Assembly (NCBI GenBank): GCA_964057225.1
Contig: OZ059896.1
Coordinates: 930,001-994,000 of the forward strand
Direction of reading: 5' to 3'
DNA: 64,000 nt
DNA from: Auanema rhodensis
Lineage: Eukaryota > Animalia > Nematoda
The notes beneath the pieces are model-generated. The model had not been told where the DNA came from. It was given only the letters and a program-made list of their open reading frames with translations, and ran no database searches. Position 1 is the first letter of the stretch, and each line of letters begins with the position of its first letter. Both the position numbers and the translations under genes were made by a program. Shown piece after piece: positions 41,701-54,500 of this stretch.

Positions 41701-44700
41701 TTGGTATGTAACTCGCTTCACGTGAAAGATAAAGAGATGCGGTTTTCAAAATTAGATTCCCCATGTCCATATTAGTCTAAAAACAAATTTTTATTGATTT
41801 TGGTGCATGGTAACCATGACTTTGAAATTTACGTGAACTTTAATTTATGCTAATTAAATGTACACGTGATGTGCACTTGGTATGTAACTCGCTTCACGTG
41901 AAAGATAAAGAGATGCGTTTTTCAAAATTAGATTCCCCATGTCCATATTAGTCTAAAAACAAATTTTTATTGATATTGGTTCATGGTAACCATGACTTTG
42001 AAAATTACGTGAACTTTAATTTATGCTAATTAAATGTACACGTGATGTGCACTTGGTATGTAACTCGCTTCACGTGGAAGATAAAGAGATGCGGTTTTCA
42101 AAATTAGATTCCCCATGTTCATATTAGTCTAAAAACAAATTTTTAATGATATTGGTGCATGGTAACCATGACTTTGAAATTTACGTGAACTTTAATTTAT
42201 GCTAATTGAATGTACACGTGATGTGCACTTGGTATGTGACTCGCTTCACGTGGAAGATAAAGAGATGCGGTTTGCAAAATTAGATTCCCCATGTCCATAT
42301 TAGTCTTAAAACAAATTTTTATTGATATTGGTTCATGGTAACCATGACTTTGAAATTTACGTGAACTTTAATTTATGCTAAATAAATGTACACGTGATGT
42401 GCACCTGGAATGTAACTCGCTTCACGTGAAAGATAAAGAGATGCGGTTCTCAAAATTAGATTCCCCATGTCCATATTAGTCTAAAAACAAATTTTTATTG
42501 ATATTGGTTCATGCTAACCATGACTTTGAAATTTACGTGAACTTTAATTTATGCTAATTGAATGTACACGTGATGTGCACTTGGTATGTAACTCGCTTCA
42601 CGTGAAAGATAAAGAGATGCGGTTTTCGAAATTAGATTCCCCATGTCCATATTAGTCTAAAAACAAATTTTTATTGATATTGGTGCATGGTAACCATGAC
42701 TTTGAAATTTACGTGAACTTTAATTTATGCTAATTAAATGTACACGTGATGTGCACTTGGTATGTAACTCGCTTCACGTGAAAGATAAAGAGATGCGGTT
42801 TTCAAAATTAGATTCCCCATGTCCATATTAGTCTAAAAACAAATTTTTATTGATATTGGTTCATGGCAACCATGACTTTGAAATTTACGTGAACTTTAAT
42901 TTATGCTAATTAAATGTACACGTGATGTGCACTTGGTATGTAACTCGCTTCACGTAAAAGATAAAGACATGCGGTTTTCAAAATTAGATTCCCCATGTCC
43001 ATATTAGTCTAAAAACAAATTTTTATTGATATTGGTGCATGGTAACCATGACTTTGAAATTTACGTGAACTTTAATTTATGCTAATTAAATGTACACGTG
43101 ATGTGCACTTGGTATGTAACTCGCTTCATGTGAAAGATAAAGAGATGCGGTTTTCAAAATTAGATTCCCCATGTCCATATTAGTCTAAAAACAAATTTTT
43201 ATTGATATTGGTTCATGGCAACCATGACTTTGAAATTTACGTGAACTTTAATTTATGCTAATTAAATGTACACGTGATGTGCACTTGGTATGTAACTCGC
43301 TTCACGTAAAAGATAAAGACATGCGGTTTTCAAAATTAGATTCCCCATGTCCATATTAGTCTAAAAACAAATTTTTATTGATATTGGTGCATGGTAACCA
43401 TGACTTTGAAATTTACGTGAACTTTAATTTATGCTAATTAAATGTACACGTGATGTGCACTTGGTATGTAACTCGCTTCACGTGAAAGATAAAGACATGC
43501 GGTTTTCAAAATTAGATTCCCCATGTCCATATTAGTCTAAAAACAAATTTTTATTGATATTGGTCCATGGCAACCATGACTTTGAAATTTACGTGAACTT
43601 TAATTTATGCTAATTAAATGTACACGTGATGTGCACTTGGTATGTAACTCGTTTCACGTGAAAGATAAAGACATGCGGTTTTCAAAATTAGATTCCCCAT
43701 GTCCATATTAGTCTAAAAACAAATTTTTATTGATATTGGTGCATGGTAACCATGACTTTGAAATTTACGTGAACTTTAATTTATGCTAATTAAATGTACA
43801 CGTGATGTGCACTTGGTATGTAACTCGCTTCACGTGAAAGATAAAGAGATGCGGTTTCCAAAATTAGATTCCCCATGTCCATATTAGTCTAAAAACAAAT
43901 TTTTATTGATATTGGTTCATGGTAATCATGACTTTGAAATTTACGTGAACTTTAATTTATTCTAATTAAATGTACACGTGATGTGCACTTGGTATGTAAC
44001 TCGCTTCACGTGAAAGATAAAGAGATGCGGTTTTCAAAATTAGATTCAACATGTCCATATTAGTCTAAAAACAAATTTTTATTGATATTGGTGCATGGTA
44101 ACCATGACTTTGAAATTTACGTGAACTTTAATTTATGCTAATTAAATGTACACGTGATGTGCACTTGGTATGTAACTCGCTTCACGTGAAATATAAAGAG
44201 ATGCGGTTTTCAAAATTAGATTCCCCATGTCCATATTAGTCTAAAAACAAATTTTTATTGATATTGGTTCATGGTAACCATGACTTTGAAATTTACGTGA
44301 ACTTTAATTTATGCTAATTAAATGTACACGTGATGTGCACTTGGTATGTAACTCGCTTCACGTGAAAGATAAAGACATGCGGTTTTCAAAATTAGATTCC
44401 CCATGTCCATATTAGTCTAAAAACAAATTTTTATTGATATTGGTTCATGGCAACCATGACTTTGAAATTTACGTGAACTTTAATTTATGCTAATTAAATG
44501 TACACGTGATGTGCACTTGGTATGTAACTCGCTTCACGTAAAAGATAAAGACATGCGGTTTTCAAAATTAGATTCCCCATGTCCATATTAGTCTAAAAAC
44601 AAATTTTTATTGATATTGGTGCATGGTAACCATGACTTTGAAATTTACGTGAACTTTAATTTATGCTAATTAAATGTACACGTGATGTGCACTTGGTATG

Positions 44701-47700
44701 TAACTCGCTTCACGTGAAAGATAAAGACATGCGGTTTTCAAAATTAGATTCCCCATGTCCATATTAGTCTAAAAACAAATTTTTATTGATATTGGTTCAT
44801 GGCAACCATGACTTTGAAATTTACGTGAACTTTAATTTATGCTAATTAAATGTACACGTGATGTGCACTTGGTATGTAACTCGCTTCACGTGAAAGATAA
44901 AGAGATGCGGTTTTCAAAATTAGATTCAACATGTCCATATTAGTCTAAAAACAAATTTTTATTGATATTGGTGCATGGTAACCATGACTTTGAAATTTAC
45001 GTGAACTTTAATTTATGCTAATTAAATGTACACGTGATGTGCACTTGGTATGTAACTCGCTTCACGTGAAATATAAAGAGATGCGGTTTTCAAAATTAGA
45101 TTCCCCATGTCCATATTAGTCTAAAAACAAATTTTTATTGATATTGGTTCATGGTAACCATGACTTTGAAATTTACGTGAACTTTAATTTATGCTAATTA
45201 AATGTACACGTGATGTGCACTTGGTATGTAACTCGCTTCACGTGAAAGATAAAGACATGCGGTTTTCAAAATTAGATTCCCCATGTCCATATTAGTCTAA
45301 AAACAAATTTTTATTGATATTGGTGCATGGTAACCATGACTTTGAAATTTACGTGAACTTTAATTTATGCTAATTAAATGTACACGTGATGTGCACTTGG
45401 TATGTAACTCGCTTCACGTGAAAGATAAAGAGATGCGGTTTTCAAAATTAGATTCCCCATGTCCATATTAGTCTAAAAACAAATTTTTATTGATATTGGT
45501 GCATGGTAATCATGACTTTGAAATTTACGTGAACTTTAATTTATGCTAATTAAATGTACACGTGATGTGCACTTGGTATGTAACTCGCTTCACGTGAAAG
45601 ATAAAGAGATGCGGTTTTCAAAATTAGATTCAACATGTCCATATTAGTCTAAAAACAAATTTTTATTGATATTGGTGCATGGTAACCATGACTTTGAAAT
45701 TTACGTGAACTTTAATTTATGCTAATTAAATGTACACGTGATGTGCACTTGGTATGTAACTCGCTTCACGTGAAATATAAAGAGATGCGGTTTTCAAAAT
45801 TAGATTCCCCATGTCCATATTAGTCTAAAAACAAATTTTTATTGATATTGGTTCATGGTAACCATGACTTTGAAATTTACGTGAACTTTAATTTATGCTA
45901 ATTAAATGTACACGTGATGTGCACTTGGTATGTAACTCGCTTCACGTGAAAGATAAAGAGATGCGGTTTTCAAAATTAGATTCCCCATGTCCATATTAGT
46001 CTAAAAACAAATTTTTATTGATATTGGTTCATGGTAACCATGACTTTGAAATTTACGTGAACTTTAATTTATGCTAATTAAATGTACACGTGATGTGCAC
46101 TTGGTATGTAACTCGCCTCACGTGAAAGATAAAGAGATGCGGTTTGCAAAATTAGATTCCCCATGTCCATATTAGTCTAAAAACAAATTTTTATTGATAT
46201 TGGTTCATGGTAACCATGACTTTGAAATTTACGTGAACTTTAATTTATGCTAATTAAATGTACACGTGATGTGCACTTGGTATGTAACTCGCTTCACGTG
46301 AAAGATAAAGAGATGCGGTTTTCAAAATTAGATTCCCCATGTCCATATTAGTCTAAAAACAAATTTTTATTGATATTGGTTCATGGTAACCATGACTTTG
46401 AAATTTACGTGTACTTTAATTTATGCTAATTAAATGTACACGTGATGTGCACTTGGTATGTAACTCGCCTCACGTGAAAGATAAAGAGATGCGGTTTGCA
46501 AAATTAGATTCCCCATGTCCATATTAGTCTAAAAACAAATTTTTATTGATATTGGTTCATGGTAACCATGACTTTGAAATTTACGTGAACTTTAATTTAT
46601 GCTAAATAAATGTACACGTGATGTGCACCTGGAATGTAACTCGCTTCACGTGAAAGATAAAGAGATGCGGTTTTCAAAATTAGATTCCCCATGTCCATAT
46701 TAGTCTAAAAACAAATTTTTATTGATATTGGTTCATGGTAACCATGACTTTGAAATTTACGTGAACTTTAATTTATGCTAATTAAATGTACACGTGATGT
46801 GCACTTGGTATGTAACTCGCTTCACGTGAAAGATAAAGAGATGCGGTTTTCAAAATTAGATTCCCCATGTCCATATTAGTCTAAAAACAAATTTTTATTG
46901 ATATTGGTGCATGGTAACCATGACTTTGAAATTTACGTGAACTTTAATTTATGCTAATTAAATGTACACGTGATGTGCACTTGGTATGTAACTCGCTTCA
47001 CGTGAAAGATAAAGAGATGCGGTTTTCAAAATTAGATTCACCATGTCCATATTAGTCTAAAAACAAATTTTTATTGATATTGGTGCATGGTAACCATGAC
47101 TTTGAAATTTACGTGAACTTTAATTTATGCTAATTAAATGTACACGTGATGTGCACTTGGTATGTAACTCGCTTCACGTGAAATATAAAGAAATGCGGTT
47201 TTCAAAATTAGATTCCCCATGTCCATATTAGTCTAAAAACAAATTTTTATTGATATTGGTTCATGGTAACCATGACTTTGAAATTTACGTGAACTTTAAT
47301 TTATGCTAATTAAATGTACACGTGATGTGCACTTGGTATGTAACTCGCTTCACGTGAAAGATAAAGAGATGCGGTTTTCAAAATTAGATTCCCCATGTCC
47401 ATATTAGTCTAAAAACAAATTTTTATTGATATTGGTTCATGGTAACCATGACTTTGAAATTTACGTGAACTTTAATTTATGCTAATTAAATGTACACGTG
47501 ATGTGCACTTGGTATGTAACTCGCTTCACGTGAAAGATAAAGAGATGCGGTTTTCAAAATTAGATTCACCATGTCCATATTAGTCTAAAAACAAATTTTT
47601 ATTGATATTGGTGCATGGTAACCATGACTTTGAAATTTACGTGAACTTTAATTTATGCTAATTAAATGTACACGTGATGTGCACTTGGTATGTAACTCGC

Positions 47701-50620
47701 TTCACGTGAAATATAAAGAAATGCGGTTTTCAAAATTAGATTCCCCATGTCCATATTAGTCTAAAAACAAATTTTTATTGATATTGGTTCATGGTAACCA
47801 TGACTTTGAAATTTACGTGAACTTTAATTTATGCTAATTAAATGTACACGTGATGTGCACTTGGTATGTAACTCGCTTCACGTGAAAGATAAAGAGATGC
47901 GGTTTTCAAAATTAGATTCCCCATGTCCATATTAGTCTAAAAACAAATTTTTATTGATATTGGTTCATGGTAACCATGACTTTGAAATTTACGTGAACTT
48001 TAATTTATGCTAATTAAATGTACACGTGATGTGCACTAGGTATGTAACTCGCTTCACGTGAAAGATAAAGAGATGCGGTTTTCAAAATTAGATTCCCCAT
48101 GTCCATATTAGTCTAAAAACAAATTTTTATTGATATTGATTCATGCTAACCATGACTTTGAAATTTACGTGAACTTTAATTTATGCTAATTGAATGTACA
48201 CGTGATGTGCACTTGGTATGTAACTCGCTTCACGTGAAAGAACAAGAGATTCGGTTTTCGAAATTAGATTCCCCATGTCCATATTAGTCTAAAAACAAAT
48301 TTTTATTGATATTGGTGCATGGTAACCATGACTTTGAAATTTACGTGAACTTTAATTTATGCTAATTAAATGTACACGTGATGTGCACTTGGTATGTAAC
48401 TCGCTTCACGTGAAAGATAAAGAGATGCGGTTTTCAAAATTAGATTCCCCATGTCCATATTAGTCTAAAAACAAATTTTTATTGATATTGGTGCATGGTA
48501 ACCATGACTTTGAAATTTACGTGAACTTTAATTTATGCTAATTAAATGTACACGTGATGTGCACTTGGTATGTAACTCGCTTCACGTGAAAGATAAAGAG
48601 ATGCGGTTTTCAAAATTAGATTCCCCATGTCCATATTAGTCTAAAAACAAATTTTTATTGATATTGGTTCATGGTAACCATGACTTTGAAATTTACGTGA
48701 ACTTTAATTTATGCTAATTAAATGTACACGTGATGTGCACTTGGTATGTAACTCGCTTCACGTGAAAGATAAAGAGATGCGGTTTTCAAAATTAGATTCA
48801 CCATGTCCATATTAGTCTAAAAACAAATTTTTATTGATATTGGTGCATGGTAACCATGACTTTGAAATTTACGTGAACTTTAATTTATGCTAATTAAATG
48901 TACACGTGATGTGCACTTGGTATGTAACTCGCTTCACGTGAAATATAAAGAAATGCGGTTTTCAAAATTAGATTCCTCATGTCCATATTAGTCTAAAAAC
49001 ACATTTTTATTGATATTGGTTCATGGTAACCATGACTTTGAAATTTACGTGAACTTTAATTTATGCTAATTAAATGTACACGTGATGTGCACTTGGTATG
49101 TAACTCGCTTCACGTGAAAGATAAAGAGATGCGGTTTTCAAAATTAGATTCCCCAAGTCCATATTAGTCTAAAATTTTTATTGATATTGGTTCATGGTAA
49201 CCATGACTTTGAAATTTACGTGAACTTTAATTTATGCTAATTAAATGTACACGTGATGTGCACCTGGAATGTAACTCGCTTCACGTGAAAGATAAAGAGA
49301 TGCGGTTTTCAAAATTAGATTCCCCATGTCCATATTAGTCTAAAAACAAATTTTTATTGATATTGGTTCATGGTAACCATGATTTTGAAATTTACGTGAA
49401 CTTTAATTTATGCTAATTAAATGTACACGTGATGTGCACTTGGTATGTAACTCGCTTCACGTGAAAGATAAAGAGATGCGGTTTTCAAAATTAGATTCCC
49501 CATGTCCATATTAGTCTAAAAACAAATTTTTACTGATATTGGTTCATGGTAACCATGACTTTGAAATTTACGTGAACTTTAATTTATGCTAATTAAATGT
49601 ACACGTGATGTGCACTTGGTATGTAACTCGCTTCACGTGAAAGATAAAGAGATGCGATTTTCAAAATTAGATTCCCCATTTCCATATTAGTCTAAAAACA
49701 AATTTTTATTGATATTGATGCATGGTAACCATGACTTTGAAATTTACGTGAACTTTAATTTATGCTAATTAAATGTACACGTGATGTGCACTTGGTATGT
49801 AACTCGCTTCACGTGAAAGATAAAAAGATGCGGTTTTCAAAATTAGATTCCCCATGTCCATATTAGTCTAAAAACAAAATTTTATTGATATTGGTGCATG
49901 GTAACCATGACTTTGAAATTTACGTGAACTTTAATTTATGCTAATTAAATGTACACGTGATGTGCACTTGGTATGTAACTCGCTTCACGTGAAAGATAAA
50001 GAGATGCGGTTTTCAAAATTAGATTTTCCATGTCCATATTAGTCTAAAAACAAATTTTTATTGATATTGGTGTATGGTAACCATGAGTTTGAAGTTTACG
50101 TGAACTTTAATTTATGCTAATTAAATGTACACGTGATGTGCACTTGGTATGTAACTCGCTTCACGTGAAAGATAAAGAGATGCGGTTTTTAAAATTAGAT
50201 TCTCCATGTCCATATTAGTCTAAAAACAAATTTTTATTGATATTGGTGCATGGTAACCATGAGTTTGAAATTTACGTGAACTTTAATTTATGCTAATTAA
50301 ATGTACACGTGATGTGCACTTGGTATGTAACTCGCTTCACGTGAAAGATAAAGAGATGCGGTTTTCAAAATTAGATTCCCCATGTCCATATTAGTCTAAA
50401 AACAAATTTTTATTGATATTGGTGCATGGTAACCATGAGTTTGAAATTTACGTGAACTTTAATTTATGCTAATTAAATGTACACGTGATGTGCACTTGGT
50501 ATGTAACTCGCTTCACGTGAAAGATAAAGAGATGCGGTTTTTAAAATTAGATTCTCCATGTCCATATTAGTCTAAAAACAAATTTTTATTGATATTGGTG
50601 CATGGTAACCATGACTTTGA

Positions 50621-50632
50621 AATTTGCAAATT
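50621..50632. other. Junction between satellite A and satellite B, with a 6-nt linker GCAAAT (50626-50631) inside the perfect palindrome AATTTGCAAATT
   Basis: Consensus A would continue AATTT-ACGTG, and consensus B is preceded by CATACAC-TAATGC. The observed sequence is AATTT-GCAAAT-TAATGC. Confidence 0.9.
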
Positions 50633-51539
50633 AATGCATCATTTTTCAAACGGTCATAACTAATTTTTTTATTAAGCTTTTCTCAATGTAGTATAATGCA
50701 ATCGATGCGGAATTTTAAGCTGCGTCGATCTGTGTTATCAGATTTGCGCTAGCTTGAAAATGCACCGAGATATCAACTGATATAAGTTCACACTTATATC
50801 CTCGATTTTCACCCTGAAGAATTAATTTTTTCGTTGAATAACATTGTCCATCGTTTTTGCTTTGAAAAAAGGAATCTAAAAACATCTACTTTTTGCTAAA
50901 TTATTTTGAAATTTTTCGAAAAAATTTTTGTCAAAATGTTTTTGGAAGCAATTTTGAGTGTACATGGAAACTCAACATACACTAATGCATCATTTTTCAA
51001 ACGATCATAACTAATTTTTGTATTAAGCTTTTCTCAATGTAGTATAGTGCATTCGATGCGGATTTTTAAGCTGCGTCGATCTGTGTTATCAGATTTCCGC
51101 TAGCTTGAAAATGCACCGAGATATCAACTGATATAAGTTCACACTTATATCCTCGATTTTCACCCTGAAGAATTAATTTTTTTGTTGAATAACATTGTCC
51201 ATCGTTTTTGCCTTGAAAAAAGAAATCTAAAAACATTTACTTTTTGCTAAATTATTTTGAAATTTTTCGAAAAAATTTTTGTCAAAATGTTTTTGGAAGC
51301 AATTTTGAGTGTACATGGAAACTCAACATACACTAATGCATCATTTTTCAAACGATCATAACTAATTTTTGTATTAAGCTTTTCACAATGTAGTATAGTG
51401 CATTCAATGCGCATTTTTAAGCTGTGTAGATCTGTGTTATCAGATTTGCGCTAGCTTGAAAATGCACCGAGATATCAACTGATATAAGTTCACACTTATA
51501 TCCTCGATTTTCACCCTGAAGAATTAATTTTTTCGTTGA

Positions 51540-54500
51540 ATTACATTGTCCATCGTTTTTGCCTTGAAAAAAGGAATCTAAAAACATCTACTTTTTGCTA
51601 AATTATTTTGAAATTTTACGAAAATTTTTTGTCAAAATGTTTTTGGAAGCAATTTTGAGTGTACATGGAAACTCAACATACACTAATGCATCATTTTTCA
51701 AACGATCATAACTAATTTTTGTATTAAGCTTTTCTCAATGTAGTATAGTGCATTCAATGCGCATTTTCAAGCTGTGTAGATCTGTGTTATCAGATTTGCG
51801 CTAGCTTGAAAATGCACCGAGATATCAACTGATATAAGTTCACACTTATATCCTCGATTTTCACCCTGAAGAATTAATTTTTTCGTTGAATTACATTGTC
51901 CATCGTTTTTGCCTTGAAAAAAGGAATCTAAAAACATCTACTTTTTGCTAAATTATTTTGAAATTTTTCGAAACAATTTTTGTCAAATTGTTTTTGGAAG
52001 CAATTTTGAGTGTACATGGAAACTCAACATACACTAATGCATCATTTTTCAAACGATCATAACTTATTTTTGTATTAAGTTTTTCTCAATGTAGTATAGT
52101 GCATCCGATGCGCATTTTTAAGCTGTGTAGATCTGTGTTATCAGATTTGCGCTAGCTTAAAAATTCACCGAGATATCAACTGATACAAGTTCACACTTAT
52201 ATCCTCGATTTTCACCCTGAAGAATTAATTTTTTCGTTGAATAACATTGTCCATTGTTTTTGCCTTGAAAAAAGGAATCTAAAAACATCTACTTTTTGCT
52301 AAATTATTTTGAAATTTTTCGAAAAAATTTTTGTCAAAATGTTTTTGGAAGCAATTTTGAGTGTACATGGAAACTCAACATACACTAATGCATCATTTTT
52401 CAAACGATCATAACTAATTTTTGTATTAAGCTTTTCACAATGTAGTATAGTGCATTCAATGCGCATTTTTAAGCTGTGTAGATCTGTGTTATCAGATTTG
52501 CGCTAGCTTGAAAATGCACCGAGATATCAACTGATATAAGTTCACACTTATATCCTCGATTTTCACCCTGAAGAATTAATTTTTTCGTTGAATAACATTT
52601 TCCATCGTTTTTGCTTTGAAAAAAGGAATCTAAAAACATCTACTTTTTGCTAAATTACTTTGAAATTTTTCGAAAAAAATTTTGTCAAAATGTTTTTGGA
52701 AGCAATTTTGAGTGTACATGGAAACTCAACATACACTAATGCATCATTTTTCAAACGATCATAACTAATTTTTTTATTAAGCTTTTCTCATTGTAGTATA
52801 ATGCAATCGATGCGGAATTTCAAGCTGCGTCGATCTGTGTTATCAGATTTCCGCTAGCTTGAAAATGCACCGAGATATCAACTGATATAAGTTCACACTT
52901 ATATCCTCGATTTTCACCCTGAAGAATTAATTTTTTCGTTGAATAACATTGTCCATCGTTTTTGCCTTGAAAAAAGGAATCTAAAAACATCTACTTTTTT
53001 CTAAATTATTTTGAAATTTTTCGAAAAAATTTTTGTCAAAATGTTTTTGGAAGCAATTTTGAGTGTACATGGAAACTCAACATACACTAATGCATCATTT
53101 TTCAAACGATCATAACTAATTTTTTTATTAAGCTTTTCTCATTGTAGTATAATGCAATCGATGCGGAATTTTAAGCTGCGTCGATCTGTGTTATCAGATT
53201 TCCGCCAGCTTGAAAAAGCACCGAGATATCAACTGATATAAGTTCACACTTATATCCTCGATTTTCACCCTGAAGAATTAATTTTTTTGTTGAATAACAT
53301 TGTCCATCGTTTTTGCCTTGAAAAAAGGAATCTAAAAACATCTACTTTTTGCTAAATTATTTTGAAATTTTTCGAAAAAATTTTTGTCAAAATGTTTTTG
53401 GAAGCAATTTTGAGTGTACATGGAAACTCAACATACACTAATGCATCATTTTCCAAACGATCATAACTAATTTTTGTATTAAGCTTTTCTTAATGTAGTA
53501 TAGTGCATTCGATGCGGATTTTCAAGCTGCGTCGATCTGTGTTATCAGATTTCCGCTAGCTTAAAAAGGCACCGAGATATCAACTGATATAAGTTCACAC
53601 TTATATCCTCGATTTTCACCCTGAAAAATTAATTTTTTCGTTGAATAACATTGTCCATCGTTTTTGCTTTGAAAAAAGAAATCTAAAAACATCTACTTTT
53701 TGCTAAATTATTTTGAAATTTTTCGAAAAAAATTTTGTCAAAATGTTTTTGGAAGCAATTTTGAGTGTACATGGAAACTCAACATACACTAATGCATCAT
53801 TTTTCAAACGATCATAACTAATTTTTTTATTAAGCTTTTCTCATTGTAGTATAATGCAATCGATGCGGAATTTTAAGCTGCGTCGATCTGTGTTATCAGA
53901 TTTCCGCTAGCTTGAAAATGCACCGAGATATCAACTGATATAAGTTCACACTTATATCCTCGATTTTCACCCTGAAAAATTAATTTTTTCGTTGAATAAC
54001 ATTGTCCATCGTTTTTGCTTTGAAAAAAGAAATCTAAAAACATCTACTTTTTGCTAAATTATTTTGAAATTTTTCGAAAAAAATTTTGTCAAAATGTTTT
54101 TGGAAGCAATTTTGAGTGTACATGGAAACTCAACATACACTAATGCATCATTTTTCAAACGATCATAACTAATTTTTTTATTAAGCTTTTCTCATTGTAG
54201 TATAATGCAATCGATGCGGAATTTTAAGCTGCGTCGATCTGTGTTATCAGATTTTCGCCAGCTTGAAAAAGCACCGAGATATCAACTGATATAAGTTCAC
54301 ACTTATATCCTCGATTTTCACCCTGAAGAATTAATTTTTTCGTTGAATTACATTGTCCATCGTTTTTGCCTTGAAAAAAAGAATCTAAAAACATCTACTT
54401 TTTGCTAAATTATTTTGAAATTTTACGAAAATTTTTTGTCAAAATGTTTTTGGAAGCAATTTTGAGTGTACATGGAAACTCAACATACACTAATGCATCA

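Larger units (their letters stand above)
1..50625. repeat. Satellite array A: ~287 head-to-tail copies of a 176-bp AT-rich monomer, open at the left window edge
   Basis: GTAACTCGCTTCACGTGAAAG recurs at 1, 177, 529 etc. (period 176). Monomers differ by only a few substitutions and rare 1-7 bp indels. All copies have the same orientation. The last match to consensus is ...GACTTTGAAATTT at 50625. The first monomer has 56 G+C in 176 bp. Confidence 0.99.

Noticed and set aside
50701-50753. Helitron 3' end (hairpin followed by CTAG)
   Set aside because: The hairpin-to-CTAG spacing (~19 nt) and the following base (C, not T) fit poorly. There is no 5' end or RepHel sequence, and CTAG is lost in several monomers.
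50829-50845. CENP-B box-like TTTCGTTGAATAACATT in satellite B
   Set aside because: It matches only the TTCG....A part of nTTCGnnnnAnnCGGGn. The essential CGGG is absent.
50632-50982. Assignment of B to Drosophila 359-bp (1.688) or beetle ~350-360 bp satellites
   Set aside because: Similar length and AT-richness only. I can support no recognisable sequence identity without a search.
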